The notes under the pieces were generated by a model. The model had not been told where the DNA came from and made no database searches. It saw nothing but the letters and a program-made list of their open reading frames with translations. The position numbers and the translations under genes are program-made. A stretch of DNA of 64,000 bases, taken from positions 186,001 to 250,000 of the forward strand of contig MU054220.1 in assembly GCA_013239625.1 (NCBI GenBank). Reading direction: 5' to 3'. The stretch comes from Lama guanicoe. Taxonomy: Eukaryota. Each line of letters opens with the position of its first letter. Position 1 is the first letter of the stretch. Shown in pieces: positions 25,226 to 37,715 of this stretch.

Positions 25226-26313
25226 CTTCCAACATACATTTTAAATGTGGTTGCCCAACTCCTCTGGTTACTACTCAATGATTCATGCACAGGAAAGCAG
25301 TCCTAAGGGTTACATCTTATCCATAAATCCATTCAGTGGGATTTATGTTGAAGTGTCCTTTCAAGGAAAAATAAAACAAAACCCCATTCCTCCTTTTAAT
25401 ACTATAGACTTAATGAAGCTTTCTCTGCCTGGTTTGAAGAAATGAGAATCTCCATCGATACCTCCAAAATGCTTCAGGAATTGTGCTACAGTTAGCGCTT
25501 CATTTATACACACACACAGACACAGACGCAACACACACATATTTAAGTTTATCAAGTCTTTGAACTTAGGGAGGTACATTATTGTTGCTAAGAAGTAAAA
25601 CTCTGCTGTTTTTGATGAAGACCATACTCCACTTTATAGACCCGTGATTTTCTATGTAATCAAGGATCACGATCAAGATAAATGATCAAAATTTTAACTG
25701 TTAGGACAGAAGGAATCCACATTACCTGGAGATGTCTCTGTATTACCCAGTGTCTCTTGTCATCACTAGTGTTTACACCTCACTGAAATGACTTCAACCG
25801 CTACCCTCCTCCAACCCTGGAATTAAGTTTGCTTTTGTTAACTCTGTACCCTTTCCTTTTCTCTCAGGCCATCAGCTATCATTTCTTGTTAACGATATTT
25901 AAGAGTTATCGTCTCAATCTACTACTCATTTTCTACACTCAATTTGATGATGGCTGAGAAGATAGAATGTCAAACCATATGGACAGTCAATGTAACTGCT
26001 GTTTAACGTGTTGTGGTGTGATGGCACGCTCACGCAAGAACATGCAGGGAAGGATTCAGTCCCTGCTTTCCTTACTTATTTGTGCATGTCTATGTCTGAA
26101 TCATTTATGCATTGACATGAACTCCTAAGACAGTGATTCAGTATTCCGCATAAACAAGTAAGATGATAATTCACCTCCTTTATATCAAGATTCTAAGTTA
26201 TTATTCAGTTTGTGTTATTCCCTTGGGCTTACTCTCGTCTTTTCCTAATTGCTGGAGCAATTGAATGCCTGAAACCATCCAACTTTTCTTTAATCGCAAC
26301 AAGCAGAAATTTG

Positions 26314-27246
26314 TCATTTAAAAAGTTTTCTATGTATGACTCTCAGGAGAGCCTTTTTTACGTCTTTGTTCCTCAGACTATAGATGAGCGGATTCAGCAT
26401 TGGGATGACCATGGTATAGAACACAGATGCCACCTGTGCCTGGGTCAAGGATGACGTGTTATCGGGCTGCAGGTATGTGAAAATCAGGGACCCATAGAAG
26501 ACGGTCACACCCAGGAGGTGGGACGCACAGGTGGAAAAGGCTTTCTGTCTGCCTGCCGCAGACTGGATCTTGAGGATGGCTGAGATGATGGCCATGTAAG
26601 TGACAGTGATAATGAAGAGGGAACTGAGAAGGGTGAACCCAGCTAAAACAAAGATCACCATTTCTGTGCTGAAGGCATCTCCACACGACAGGGCCAAAAG
26701 AGCTGTGGTGTCACAGAAAAAATGGTTGATGCTGGCATCACAGAATGCCAAACTGCTTATCACGCAGATGGATATCAGAGAATTCGTGAAGCCTACTGTA
26801 TATGGCACGACTCCCAGCCAGCTGCACACTTTCTGGGACATAACCACTGAATACAGTAAGGGATTGCAGATTGCCACATAGCGGTCATAGGCCATTGACC
26901 CCAGAAGAAAACACTCGCTACACACCAAACCCACAAAAAAGTACATTTGAACAAAGCAGCCAACGAAGGAGATGGTTTTCTGTTCCGACTGGAAATTCAC
27001 CAGTGCCTTGGGGGTTACAGTAGAGGAATAAAATATGTCAATGAACGCTAAATGGCTAAGGAAAAAGTACATAGGTGTGTGAAGCTGAGAGTCAATTCTG
27101 ATTAACATAATTAGCCCAAGGTTCCCCCAAACAGTGAATAAATAAATAAAGAGAAATATCAAGAACAGGCTGACTTGCAGTTCAGGGTGATTTGTAAATC
27201 CAGAGAGAACGAAGAAAGTCACCTCCGTGAAATTGTTCCCAGCCAT
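26314..27246 (-). CDS. OR8I2: Olfactory receptor 8I2, 310 aa from the ATG at 27246
   Basis: [10 protein letters not shown]..., [39 protein letters not shown] and LRVIHRKLF match OR8I2 as recalled. The frame stays open 68 codons further upstream. Confidence 0.9.
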   Translation of the reverse strand: MAGNNFTEVTFFVLSGFTNHPELQVSLFLIFLFIYLFTVWGNLGLIMLIRIDSQLHTPMYFFLSHLAFIDIFYSSTVTPKALVNFQSEQKTISFVGCFVQMYFFVGLVCSECFLLGSMAYDRYVAICNPLLYSVVMSQKVCSWLGVVPYTVGFTNSLISICVISSLAFCDASINHFFCDTTALLALSCGDAFSTEMVIFVLAGFTLLSSLFIITVTYMAIISAILKIQSAAGRQKAFSTCASHLLGVTVFYGSLIFTYLQPDNTSSLTQAQVASVFYTMVIPMLNPLIYSLRNKDVKKALLRVIHRKLFK

Positions 27247-30200
27247 TTTTATCAACCCAGGCCTTTGACTTACCTGCTGAGTAACAATGACAGAAGTTAG
27301 AGAAGGATTCAACTCTAAGGACCTGATAGCCAGCGTTGACTTAGACTCCCATAATGAAAGAGTGACAGATGGGGAGCAAATATTTAATGACTTCAAGTTC
27401 ATTGAAAATGTATACATGATTTTCTTTTTTTTTTTTAAGAGAACAGACATGCTGATTGAAAAAAAAAAATTCCAAGTTCACAATCCTGTGGCTTTCTTTG
27501 CACTCAAAGATATTTATCAGGCATGAGTTTTGAAGGATTTTTCCTGAGATATACCATCTTCAACCCTACTGTATCTCTGGGCCCCAAATTGTATACTTAG
27601 AAATTTACCTACTAGTTGTATGGTATTCTCAGAAAATATGAAGGTTGTTTAGGAAAGGAGGTGCTATTATTTGTGAATTCAATATCTTTGTGTGGCAGTC
27701 TTCCTAAGGACACTTCTTAGGGTTATTTTAAGAGCTTAATAATATCTTAGAGGGACACATCAAATAATTCCTTGGAATCATTAAAGCTTTGTTAAATTTT
27801 ATAAAATACATATACAATTTTTATATGATATATAAAATATATTTTATTAATACATAAAGCATATAAAGCTTCCACATAGATGTAACAGGAAAGCAACTTC
27901 TTGCTTATTTTATACATTAATGCTAAAGTTCATTACACCTTTTTTCTACCACATGTCCTTTCTTTCTGTTGGTTCACTACCACCAAACGAGGAACTTACC
28001 CTGTCACATAGCCAGATTGTTTGGTGTGTGTGGTTAGTGACCATGTTTGTTTCCATCATGAAGCACATGGTTATCTATAACATCAGGTAATAACTAATTC
28101 ATTGCCAAATAGCGATTTTCAATAATAAAAAGCCTACAAATGGTAAAAGGAATATGATTTGTTTTATTTAAAACAAAAAAATTAAAACATAAGGTGATTT
28201 CACTAGAAATTAGAGACCTTATTTGCCTAATTCAATTGACATAAGTATGTGATAAATAAAAACTGAAACTAGCATGATATTAATGCAAGTTCGTTTCAGA
28301 CATTTAGCACTCACTCTGCTTGGTTAAGTATACTTAATCATTTAGGGTCTCCCACGTTCACAATGCTCCTATTTGTTTAAGTAGCTTTTAGTCAACGAAG
28401 GCAGTTTGTCTTGCCTGGCACCATTCTTAAAGCTTACTGGAAGATGCAGGCATGTAAAAAGAAAATGTTTCTCAGTGTAAGAAACACACACACACGCACA
28501 CAATAAAGAAGAGAAAGGTAAAATTGGACTTACCTGGTATTGAGTCATCAAAAGGAAAACCCCTTCTCTCTCAGCTCTCTTCCATCTATTTTCAGGTTTA
28601 TGTTCAGACAATAAGAAGAGAAAACATTTTGCAACCTTTGCAAAATCCACCATTAGTTTTTGGCATATGGCTAGATCTCCCTCCTCTACACATCTGGATC
28701 CCGTGAATTCTCAGTATAAAGGCTTGTGTCTGTTGTGTTTGCTGTTGCTGCTGCTGTTAGCACAGGGCTCTATTTCCTATATAACGCACCCTTATTGGTA
28801 TTAGGAAGTTGATGGAAAAATGTGGATAGTTTCAATGACAGTTATGGATAATGCATATACTACTTTCCATTGATAGGATAAAAATAAGAACAGAATTAAC
28901 AAAATAATTCTTAATTTTTGTGTGTCTTCTTGAGAATTCAAATCTATTTTTTTTAGGTCAAACTTAGATTTGTATTCAGGATTAATTTTGTTCTTAGTGT
29001 ATTTCTAAAGCAGCCCCATTTAAAAAAAGGATTGTCTTCTGAATCTAGTATACCAGCATCTCTTTTTAAACTTGCAAAGTTATATCATAAAGAAATTGGT
29101 CAATTAGCATTTTCGATCTCTTGAGTGTTGTATTTTAATTGTGCCCCAAGGTTTATTTTTAATTTGCCTAGAATGCATCTCCAGTGGAAAAGTTTGGAAT
29201 TAAATGTTCCTCAGCTTTGTGTATTTCAGTTTAAATGGCCATAGACATATTGAGATATGTAATTAATGTAGTTTAAAAACTTATGTTTATTTTGATATTA
29301 TATACGTGTGTGTGTATATATATATATATATATTATATATAGACATCTTTTTTAAAGCATTAGGAAATATATGTGAAATACATGGCATTAGAGAATATCA
29401 GATAACCATTGCCCCTGCCTGGGGTTTTGCTTGTCTCTCAGCAAAAGCAGTGAGATTTCCAGCTACTGATTTAATAGTGTTAATATACATTGAAATTATG
29501 TTACTACCTATGTCAACCAGTCATGTATGTATTTATTTTTAATACAGACATTCTGTGATTTTTAACTGACTGTGCTTAATGGTACATACACACAAAATAG
29601 GCTGAGAATGCGTATGCCATCTAGGAAAATAAGCAAAAAGAACCTTAAGTAAAATTAAAGGTCATTCTCTCTGTTTCATGTTCAGCTGATAGGTCAGTAC
29701 TTTGAAAAACTTTAATTACATTATTATTCTATTTGTTTGTTTATTTTTTTAAGCAATTTCCTAAGCCACACCCCTATAATGACTCTGAATTGGTAGGTCT
29801 GAAATTGACCCAAAAATGTGACTTTTTCAAAATGCCTCAGGTCCATGGACTGTTTCCAAACACTAGCTTAAAAGGATCTCACAGGCTTGCCAGATTAAGT
29901 GACTTTTCTACTGTTATCATTATGGTCTCTTATTTTACTTATTTTTAGAAGATATTTAATATGATGGAATCATATGTTGAGACAAGACAGATCCTTCATT
30001 GGGGAGGAAAACCACACATCTCTAATTCTACTTGTCACATTAGAGATTAAAAAAAAAAAGAATAAAATCTGTTATAAATGGGCCATAACACTTACTGGTG
30101 ATCAGCATATTTAGATATTAGGACAAAAGAAATGATTACTACTCTTTTTCCCCTCTAGTATGTGTCTTGAGAAAAGAAAACTTTGAAAATATTGAATTGT

Positions 30201-30589
30201 ATACCTGTAATCTCAAATTTCCATCCATTTTGTACTTATTTTTACACTTTAAGCACTCTCAAATGACAGATACTATGATTTGTGTGGGACTGCAATGATG
30301 AGAATATTATCTCTACTTTTAAATTACTTAACGTTGATTGCTTCTTTAAAGATTCAAGATTCAAAATTTGTCTCAGTTCTTTAATAGTCTGATATTTGGT
30401 GAGCTAATAGGTTCATCCCTCCCAGTATTTACCGGGTATTAAGGCTAGAGTTGACTGCAGTGCAGGATTAATGGGTATGTAGTAAATGCTTACTTAATTC
30501 AATTCATATTCCTTATAAACCCATTTTAAGTTCTAGTTGTTAACCAGCTATATTTAACTTTTTAGTTAATTTTTTTCAACTTACATATT

Positions 30590-31790
30590 TTCAGCATGCT
30601 CTTTACTCAGTTTCATGAATGTTAACATCTTACATAACTAGAGCATAATAATTAACACAAAGAAATTCACACTGATACAGCAATGTTAACAAAACTACAC
30701 ATTTTATTCAATTTCACCAGTTTTCCCCCAGAGTCCTTTTTACTCTTCCAGGATCCAATCCAGAATATCACTCTGCAATTAGTGTCGTGTCTCTTTAAGT
30801 GTTTCAGTCTGTGACTTTCCCATTTCCTTTCCTGTTCTTTCATGACTGACACTTTTCAAGATTGTTGGTCAAGTGTTTTCAGAATGTCTCTCAGTTTAAG
30901 TTTGCCTGATGTTTTCTCATGATTAACCTGAAGTTATTCATTATGAGAAAAAAGTTCCAGTGAGGTGATATGCATGTCCTTTTCATATTATTAGAGGATA
31001 CAGAATGTTAAGTGGTATTACTAGTGATGTTAAACTTGATCACTTGAAGTAATGTCTGTCAAGGGGAAGGGGAGGGTATAGCTCAAGTGGTAGAGCACCT
31101 GCCTAGCGCGCATGAGGTCCTGGGGTCAATCTCCAGTGCCTCCTCTGAAAATAAATAAATAAACAAGTCTAATTACCTCCCCCTGACAAAAGAAATTATA
31201 AAATAGTGTCTGCCAGGCTTCTTTACTGTAAAGTTATGATTCTTTACTATGTAATTTATATAAACTAACATGTATATGGAATATTAATATTATTTATTTC
31301 ATTTTCTTTCCTATGTAATTTATATAAATTACATAAATATGGAAGACAAAATATTTTATTTATACTTGTTGGCATCCATCAACATATTGCCTCTGACAAT
31401 TACTACGGTGGTGTTTTCATAGTAAATTTCCATTTCCCTTTAGTCTTTCAACATATTTTAATTGAAATGATTCTGTAAGGAAGAGTTGTTATTTCTTATT
31501 TATTTATTTATAGCAGTATATACTCTTTGATACTTATTTTGTTTTGGGGGGTTATTATCCAATACCCCCATCACTTCCATTGCTGCTCAATTCATTCCAG
31601 CTTTGCTAATGGAACCATCATTGAATCAACTCCTGCGTGCTCTGCTCTTTGGACGTGCTCTGCTCTTTGTTTGTTTTTTTCATTTATTTCCACTTCTTAC
31701 ATCCTGACAGTGCAGTGTGCTCCAGGTTTATCATTTATTTTCCTGGACTCTGCTCTAGAAACAGTCGCTTCTCCAAGGATCCCTGTTATC
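30590..31790 (-). mobile_element. Old L1MC-type 3' UTR fragment, interrupted by a SINE
   Basis: 'tgttaacatcttacataac...ttcaccagttttccc...caggatccaatccagaatatcac' is typical antisense L1MC 3' text. Confidence 0.7.
31069..31200 (+). mobile_element. tRNA-derived SINE (Vic-1-like)
   Basis: GGGGAGGGTATAGCTCAAGTGGTAGAGC...GGGTCAATCTCC with an AAAT tail, imperfect TSD aatgtctgtcaagg / agtgtctgccagg. Confidence 0.85.
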
Positions 31791-33279
31791 TTTATTCTAT
31801 AAACTTTTAAATAAAAATAATGACATTGATGAAGGCATTAAGTTTTACATAAATATTTTGGAAAGTAATTTAGTAAACTATCAAGATAAAAAAAGTATGT
31901 GTTTCACCAAAGAATTTGATTATTAGACAACTGTCAAGATGAAAACAATTAGAAAAATGAATAAGTTTTACACACAGACTTCATCATTTTGCTATAAATT
32001 ACTTTGTAAGACATTAAACCCCGAAGTGTACAACTCAGGAGGTGGATATTTGGCAGGCCCAGTGTACGTTAGAACTTTAGTCTGTGATTATGAGACATAA
32101 TCAGCACTTGCCACGTCCTAAGGAATCTCTCATTAAGTAATAGTTTTGCTTTGAAAATCTGGTTTAACATTAACAGTGATTACTTATTTTTTTGAAAATG
32201 CATGGCAGTTGTGGTGATATGCAATCAAAATATTTGACAATGGGATTATTCTGGAAGAAAATATAGGCCACATAGAAACAATGAAATACAATTTGCTTTA
32301 AAACACTTTGATACATATTGACATAAGTTTAATTGTCAAGTAATAAGAAAAAAAAAGCCCAGAGACTTACAGAGTTTGAATAAGATTTATTGCTAGGCAC
32401 TATGGGTTATTCCATTTGATAAATACCAGCATTCTTTCCACAAATTTGAAACTGTTGTTCACTACGCATTGCAAAGGTGTCACCAGCAAAGGCTATGTTT
32501 GCTCTATTAACAATCATAGTGATGACAGTGATGCAGGTCTGAGTTTCTTATGCATGTCTGAGTAAATAGGACAATAATATGAACATAGCAATGTGGGATT
32601 CTAAGAGTCATTTTGTTTAAAAAAAACTTTCAGCATTTTCAAGTGACTGTACTATTTAATGAAAATTTCCTAAAGGCTGATTTTTTTTTTTTATTAGTGA
32701 ATTCCAATATACGCTGATATAACAGAAAACCTTTGCATTGCTATTTTGGTATTTCTGTTAAACAACAGGCAGAAATGGAATTGTCATAAAAAAGAAACCC
32801 TTCTGTGCCTGTGGCACTATTTTTAAAGTTAAACATTCAAAATTTAAAGGTTCCAGATAAATATGGCAAACAAAATGCATGCAGAAAATTGTGTTTCTTT
32901 GTGTAAAATGGGAGAAGGCCTGTGAACATGTACACAAATATATGTGTGTTTGAACGCTACCTCTCAAATGTTGGATGTTGTCTAATCTTGGGTAAGCTTT
33001 TAACTCCCTTGATCACTTGTTTCCTCATCTGTAAAATGGGTCAGCTCCTCTAGAGTTGTAAAGAGGGAAGACTGATTTCACTCTCTGTAACTGATTCTTT
33101 TCAAGTATGTGTATGTGCATGTGTGTGTGTGTGTGTTTCTGTATGTATGTGTGTGATTGTCACCTACTGGTTCTTCTATATCCAATTAAAACTGAAAATC
33201 ATATTCTGTAACTAACCAATCTGTAGAAGATGGTGTCAATTTATTACCTAAGAAATTAGTAGAGATTCAAAATAATAAC

Positions 33280-33875
33280 TGAGGAATCAAAAGAACCTAA
33301 ATTATGCAGTGGCACAACATTATTTTAAATTGGAGCCACTTGGGATTCAGTTGATGTGGAGGGAGTCTTTCTCTGAGCCTCCTTTATCTGACTAAAGGCA
33401 GAACTTCTGAGAATGAAGCTGCCATAAAATCCTCTGTCCCTGGGACTGCTTTGTCTGCCAGGAGGAAGACAGAATGACCACTTGCTCCTGCATAAACAAA
33501 TGATGTCACAGAATTTCCTGTCTCTCATTTGTTCTCTTAGAAACCCATTTGTTTTTCCCAGGGAAGCCATGTCTCCCTCTCTCTTTCCTATATTGTTAGG
33601 TATATAAACCTCATCTCTAACTATTGAACTAGCCACTTTTTTTGGTATGTGTTCATATGTATATGAATGCACTTTGTCTATTCTCCTGTCAATCTGCCTT
33701 TTGTCAGTTTATCTTTTTTAATTTAATAAATTTATTTATTTATTTTTAATAGATGTACTGGGGATTGAACCCAGGACCTCATGCATGCTAAGCATGTGCT
33801 CTACCACAGAGCTATACCCTCCCCACTGTCAGTTTAATTCACAGGCCTTTAATAAGTAAACCTAAAAATGTGTAG
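33280..33875 (+). mobile_element. ERV1 LTR (MER34/MER39-like), interrupted by a SINE
   Basis: LTR-like body with TATATAAA near 33601 and 'aatctgccttttgtcagtttaattcacaggcc'. Confidence 0.6.
33712..33826 (-). mobile_element. tRNA-derived SINE (Vic-1-like) with a 10-bp TSD
   Basis: Antisense GGGGAGGGTATAGCTC...GGTTCAATCCCC, with TSD tgtcagttta at 33702-33711 and 33827-33836. Confidence 0.9.
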
Positions 33876-33920
33876 CATCTATCAATATTTCTTAAACTTT
33901 TTTTGCTTGAAAATTTATAG

Positions 33921-34859
33921 TCACTGAGCAAATATTTTCTGCATAATAATTCTTTTCATTGCTTCTTTGGCCTCTGTGTTTCTTACATTGTAAATCAGGA
34001 GATTTAATATTGGTGGCAAAAGGGTATGGAACACGGACAGGATTTTGGCTCTATCCTGTGGGTAGCTAGAGCTGGTCCCCAGATAAGTAAACATCACTGT
34101 TCCGTAGAGGAGAGTCACCACCATTAGGTGGGAGGCACATGTGGAGAAGGCTTTGTATCTGCCCCTCAAAGACTGTATCTTCAGGACAGTGAGAAGGATG
34201 CCCAGATAGGAACTAACCACCATCAGAAAGGTAGCCACTGACGTGGTCCCAGAGAGGACTGTAAATAAAGCCTCATTGTACTGGGTATCAGAACAGGAAA
34301 GTTGGAACAGCAGTGGGATATCACAAAAATAATGGTTGATGACATTGGGACCACAGAAAGACAGACTGAGCAAGCCACTCAAATGGGTGAGTGAGTTGGT
34401 GCAACCTGCTAGGTAGGACGCAGTCACCAGTTGGATGCAGAGTGTAGGGGTCATGAGACCTTTGTAGTGAAGGGGGCGGCAAATTGCAACGTACCGATCA
34501 AATGCCATTGCAGCCAGAAGGAAGTATTCTGTGGTCAGGAGCATGCTGACAAAGGAATACTGAAGGAGGCAACCACAATAGGAGATGGCTCTCTGTCCTG
34601 CTATGTAGTTCATCAGCATCTTAGGGATAAAGACCGAGGAAGAGCAGAAATCCAAGAAAGCCAACTGGCTAAGGAAAAAGTACTTGGGAGAATGGAGCTG
34701 GGCACTAGCCAGGATGACTGCAATCAGCCAAACATTGCCCACTACAGTGATGAGATAAATCAAGAGAAACAGCACAAATAGGACCGTATTCAGTTCAGGG
34801 TCATCGGTCAGCCCCAGGAGGATGAATTCAGTTATCTCACTGACATTTCTGTTAGCCAT
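33921..34859 (-). CDS. Olfactory receptor family 5 (probably OR5BE-like by position), 312 aa, atypical motifs
   Basis: NVS sequon, [25 protein letters not shown]. Acceptor ttcctctcattccctgtag ends 24 nt upstream of the ATG. Subfamily inferred from recalled gene order. Confidence 0.9.
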   Translation of the reverse strand: MANRNVSEITEFILLGLTDDPELNTVLFVLFLLIYLITVVGNVWLIAVILASAQLHSPKYFFLSQLAFLDFCSSSVFIPKMLMNYIAGQRAISYCGCLLQYSFVSMLLTTEYFLLAAMAFDRYVAICRPLHYKGLMTPTLCIQLVTASYLAGCTNSLTHLSGLLSLSFCGPNVINHYFCDIPLLFQLSCSDTQYNEALFTVLSGTTSVATFLMVVSSYLGILLTVLKIQSLRGRYKAFSTCASHLMVVTLLYGTVMFTYLGTSSSYPQDRAKILSVFHTLLPPILNLLIYNVRNTEAKEAMKRIIMQKIFAQ

Positions 34860-35661
34860 TTATGTGGCTCCTCTCTGATGGGTCTACAGGGAATGAGAGG
34901 AAACAGAAAATAAGCAAAGAGTGCAGCTTGAACATGAATTTGTTCTACCAGCATCTTTAGAAAACTGCATGATTTTAGTTAATAATAATAATCCACAGTC
35001 AATTCACTTCTTGCAAATATGAAAGTTAGCCTGATTCAAAACTTTATTTGGATCAAAGTCTCACCAGGGGCTGTAAACTGGCATTAAGTACCACATAGGA
35101 ACCCCTGGAGAAAGTAAAATCCCTGTGAAAAGCTGTAATAGTGATCTTAGTTCAGCGGAGAAGGTTCAGAGGTGGACGTTGGATAACAGTGCGTCTCAGA
35201 TTCCAGAACACAAGACAAGGGCCTCAAGTTTTAAAAAGAAGATTCCTTAGCAAAGAACAAAAAACTCTATGTTTAACAGATAAATTCTTGGGGAATCTGG
35301 CAAAATTATTCTCTGTGACATCTTTTTAACATAGGCAAAAATACACATGACATGTTAAACAATAGAAATAACAAACGGGCAGAAAATACATATGTGTATA
35401 TAATATCATCTAATAAAACTGATCATTCTCCGTAAAAATGGAAAATGAGAATTTTCTATCAGAACAACATCATTTATTGGTTAAAACTCAGTTATTCCAG
35501 GAAGCCATTCTTTGCTATGCCAGAAGATATTTATCATTCGATACTCGGATTTCTTATAGCATTTATTACCAAATGGCTTAAATTAGACCACAGCAGATTT
35601 TTTGCATTAAGATTGAGTCAAACACATGTTTGAATCCCTACAGTCAAGAAATCTCAACTCG

Positions 35662-35808
35662 AGAGGGGGTGCATAGAGCTCAGTGGTAGAGTGAGTGCTT
35701 AGCATGCATGAGGTCCTGGGGTCAATTCCCAAAACCGCTATCAAAATAAATAAATAAATAAACCAAATGACTGCCCGCCACCCGCACACAAAAAAAAGAA
35801 AAAAAAAA
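35662..35808 (+). mobile_element. tRNA-derived SINE (Vic-1-like)
   Basis: AGCTCAGTGGTAGAG...GCTTAGCATGCATGAGGTCCTGGGGTCAATTCCC, then (AAAT)n and a poly(A) tail. Confidence 0.85.
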
Positions 35809-37694
35809 TTAGGTCTCAAGTTTAATTTCAAGGACAATGCAGATGATTTTGGCACATTAGTTCACATATGAATCTGGGTTTTTATCCAGGAAAAGTTAGA
35901 TCATTAAATCAATTTTATTTTAGTTTTTATCATATAACCAAAACTATGTGAAAAACAACATTCTGATATCTAATGTATTTGAGAAACACTTGGCTAAATA
36001 ATTTTTAAGGAAAGCTTTCTTTATTGCAGGACTTATAAGAATGCATAATATTTGACTATGCTTTGCAAGTTCCAATAAGATAAATACATACAGAACACAT
36101 TTCATATTAATTTGACAATCACATCTATTTTCACTAAATATTAATGAATACACTGTTCCACAATCCATGCTTTGGGAATAATATTTCCCTGATATTGAAT
36201 GCAGAGTGAATGGGCTTGGATTTCTACCCTTTATTATCAGTGTTATATAAAGAAAATAATTTGATAACAATTCTGCAAATCATGCTACCAAATAACTTTG
36301 ATTATGTCCATTTGCTAGGAGACCATCCCGAGTCTAATTTTTCTCACGTTGGATATACAAGATATAAAAAGAATGACTAGTCACTTTATACCACGTTGAG
36401 CTGTGATTGCATGTCTAACTCTTGGTTTCCCAGCCTAACTATCAGATTCATCTCTAAACCTTTCTCAAGCAGTAGTTGTGAGACTTAAATAAGAAAATAT
36501 GTGGAAACAGGGTGGTTCACCATGGATGCTCTCAAATGTTTGCTGTCTATTCAAAGTAAAACGAATAAGGAAAACAGAGACTGGACTCTGCTGACATACT
36601 GGACAGATGCCTTTGACTAAAGTGATTATTTGGATTTTTGCTTTTTTTGTTTGGTTTTGTTTAGTTAGATTTGCCTTGATTTTGTTTTTAAACAAACCGA
36701 TTTGTTACTTTGATGATAAATTTCTTATTTCACTCATTTTGTATTTCTCTTTAATTTTCACTTAATAATTGGTAAATTTCATCTGAACTTCCTTTCACTG
36801 TAAAGTCAGTTACGCAGAATAAATTAATCTTTGAGTCTAAAATTTAGCTCTGCTAACAGGACCAAATAAATGGCTGCTCTTTTCCTCAGATTTAACAAAA
36901 TTCAACAGTTTGCAATAGTCAATCTCAATGAATTTCTTTCAGTAAATTCCCTCTTGTAACCGGCATAATTATGTGAAGCTATAAACACAGCTACCTGAGG
37001 AAATATGGAATAAACTCACTAATGACTTCAAGCGAGCCAATTGCCCTGGTCATGGTCTAACTGGGTTTCAGTCATCTCAGTAACTGGGATGGATTTGAGG
37101 CAGATGATAGTCTTCACATTTTATTCACAGTGTCTATTGAGAGTTGCTCTTTTTGAACACAGGGAAAGGCATTTATAATTGTTAGAACACACAAAGGCGA
37201 CCCCTACCTGGTGTTGAGAGGAAGCCTGGCCACTCCTATTGGTTTCCTGACTTGTGCTTATATTTGGCTCAGGGCCTTTGGGGGATGCCATCCACAGGGG
37301 TGCTGTGAGCACCAGGTCTCATCAAAACAGCTAAAGAAGAGTCCTGGGAGAGCAATGTCCCAGCACGATCTTACTAAAAATTGTAAACAGCTCAATTTAT
37401 TTTTCTGAGTTTCAATTATTTTGCCCCTATAATATTTCTTGTGTTTCATACTCTCAGATATGACACTTAATGCTCCCGAAAAGTTGTGATGAATTATGTA
37501 AAATTAAGTTTACTTATTATCATTATTATTTTATTTTTATTTTAATCTGAAAATTAAAACTTACATACAAATACATTTACATCAATGCCTCATGCATAAA
37601 TGGAGCCTTGTAGCATCCAATTTCAAATAATATATTAAATGATTTTGGAAAATTGTGAAGGACTGTATATATAAATATGTTATATGCTGTCCTT

Positions 37695-37715
37695 GGTGGT
37701 GGTGGTGGTGGTGGT
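37695..37715. repeat. (GGT)n trinucleotide repeat
   Basis: About 7 GGT units. Confidence 0.85.

Noticed and set aside
27247..27450. 68-aa N-terminal extension of OR8I2 in the ORF track
   Set aside because: It runs through a poly(A) tract (KKKKKK) and across a good splice acceptor, so it is most likely intron that is open by chance.
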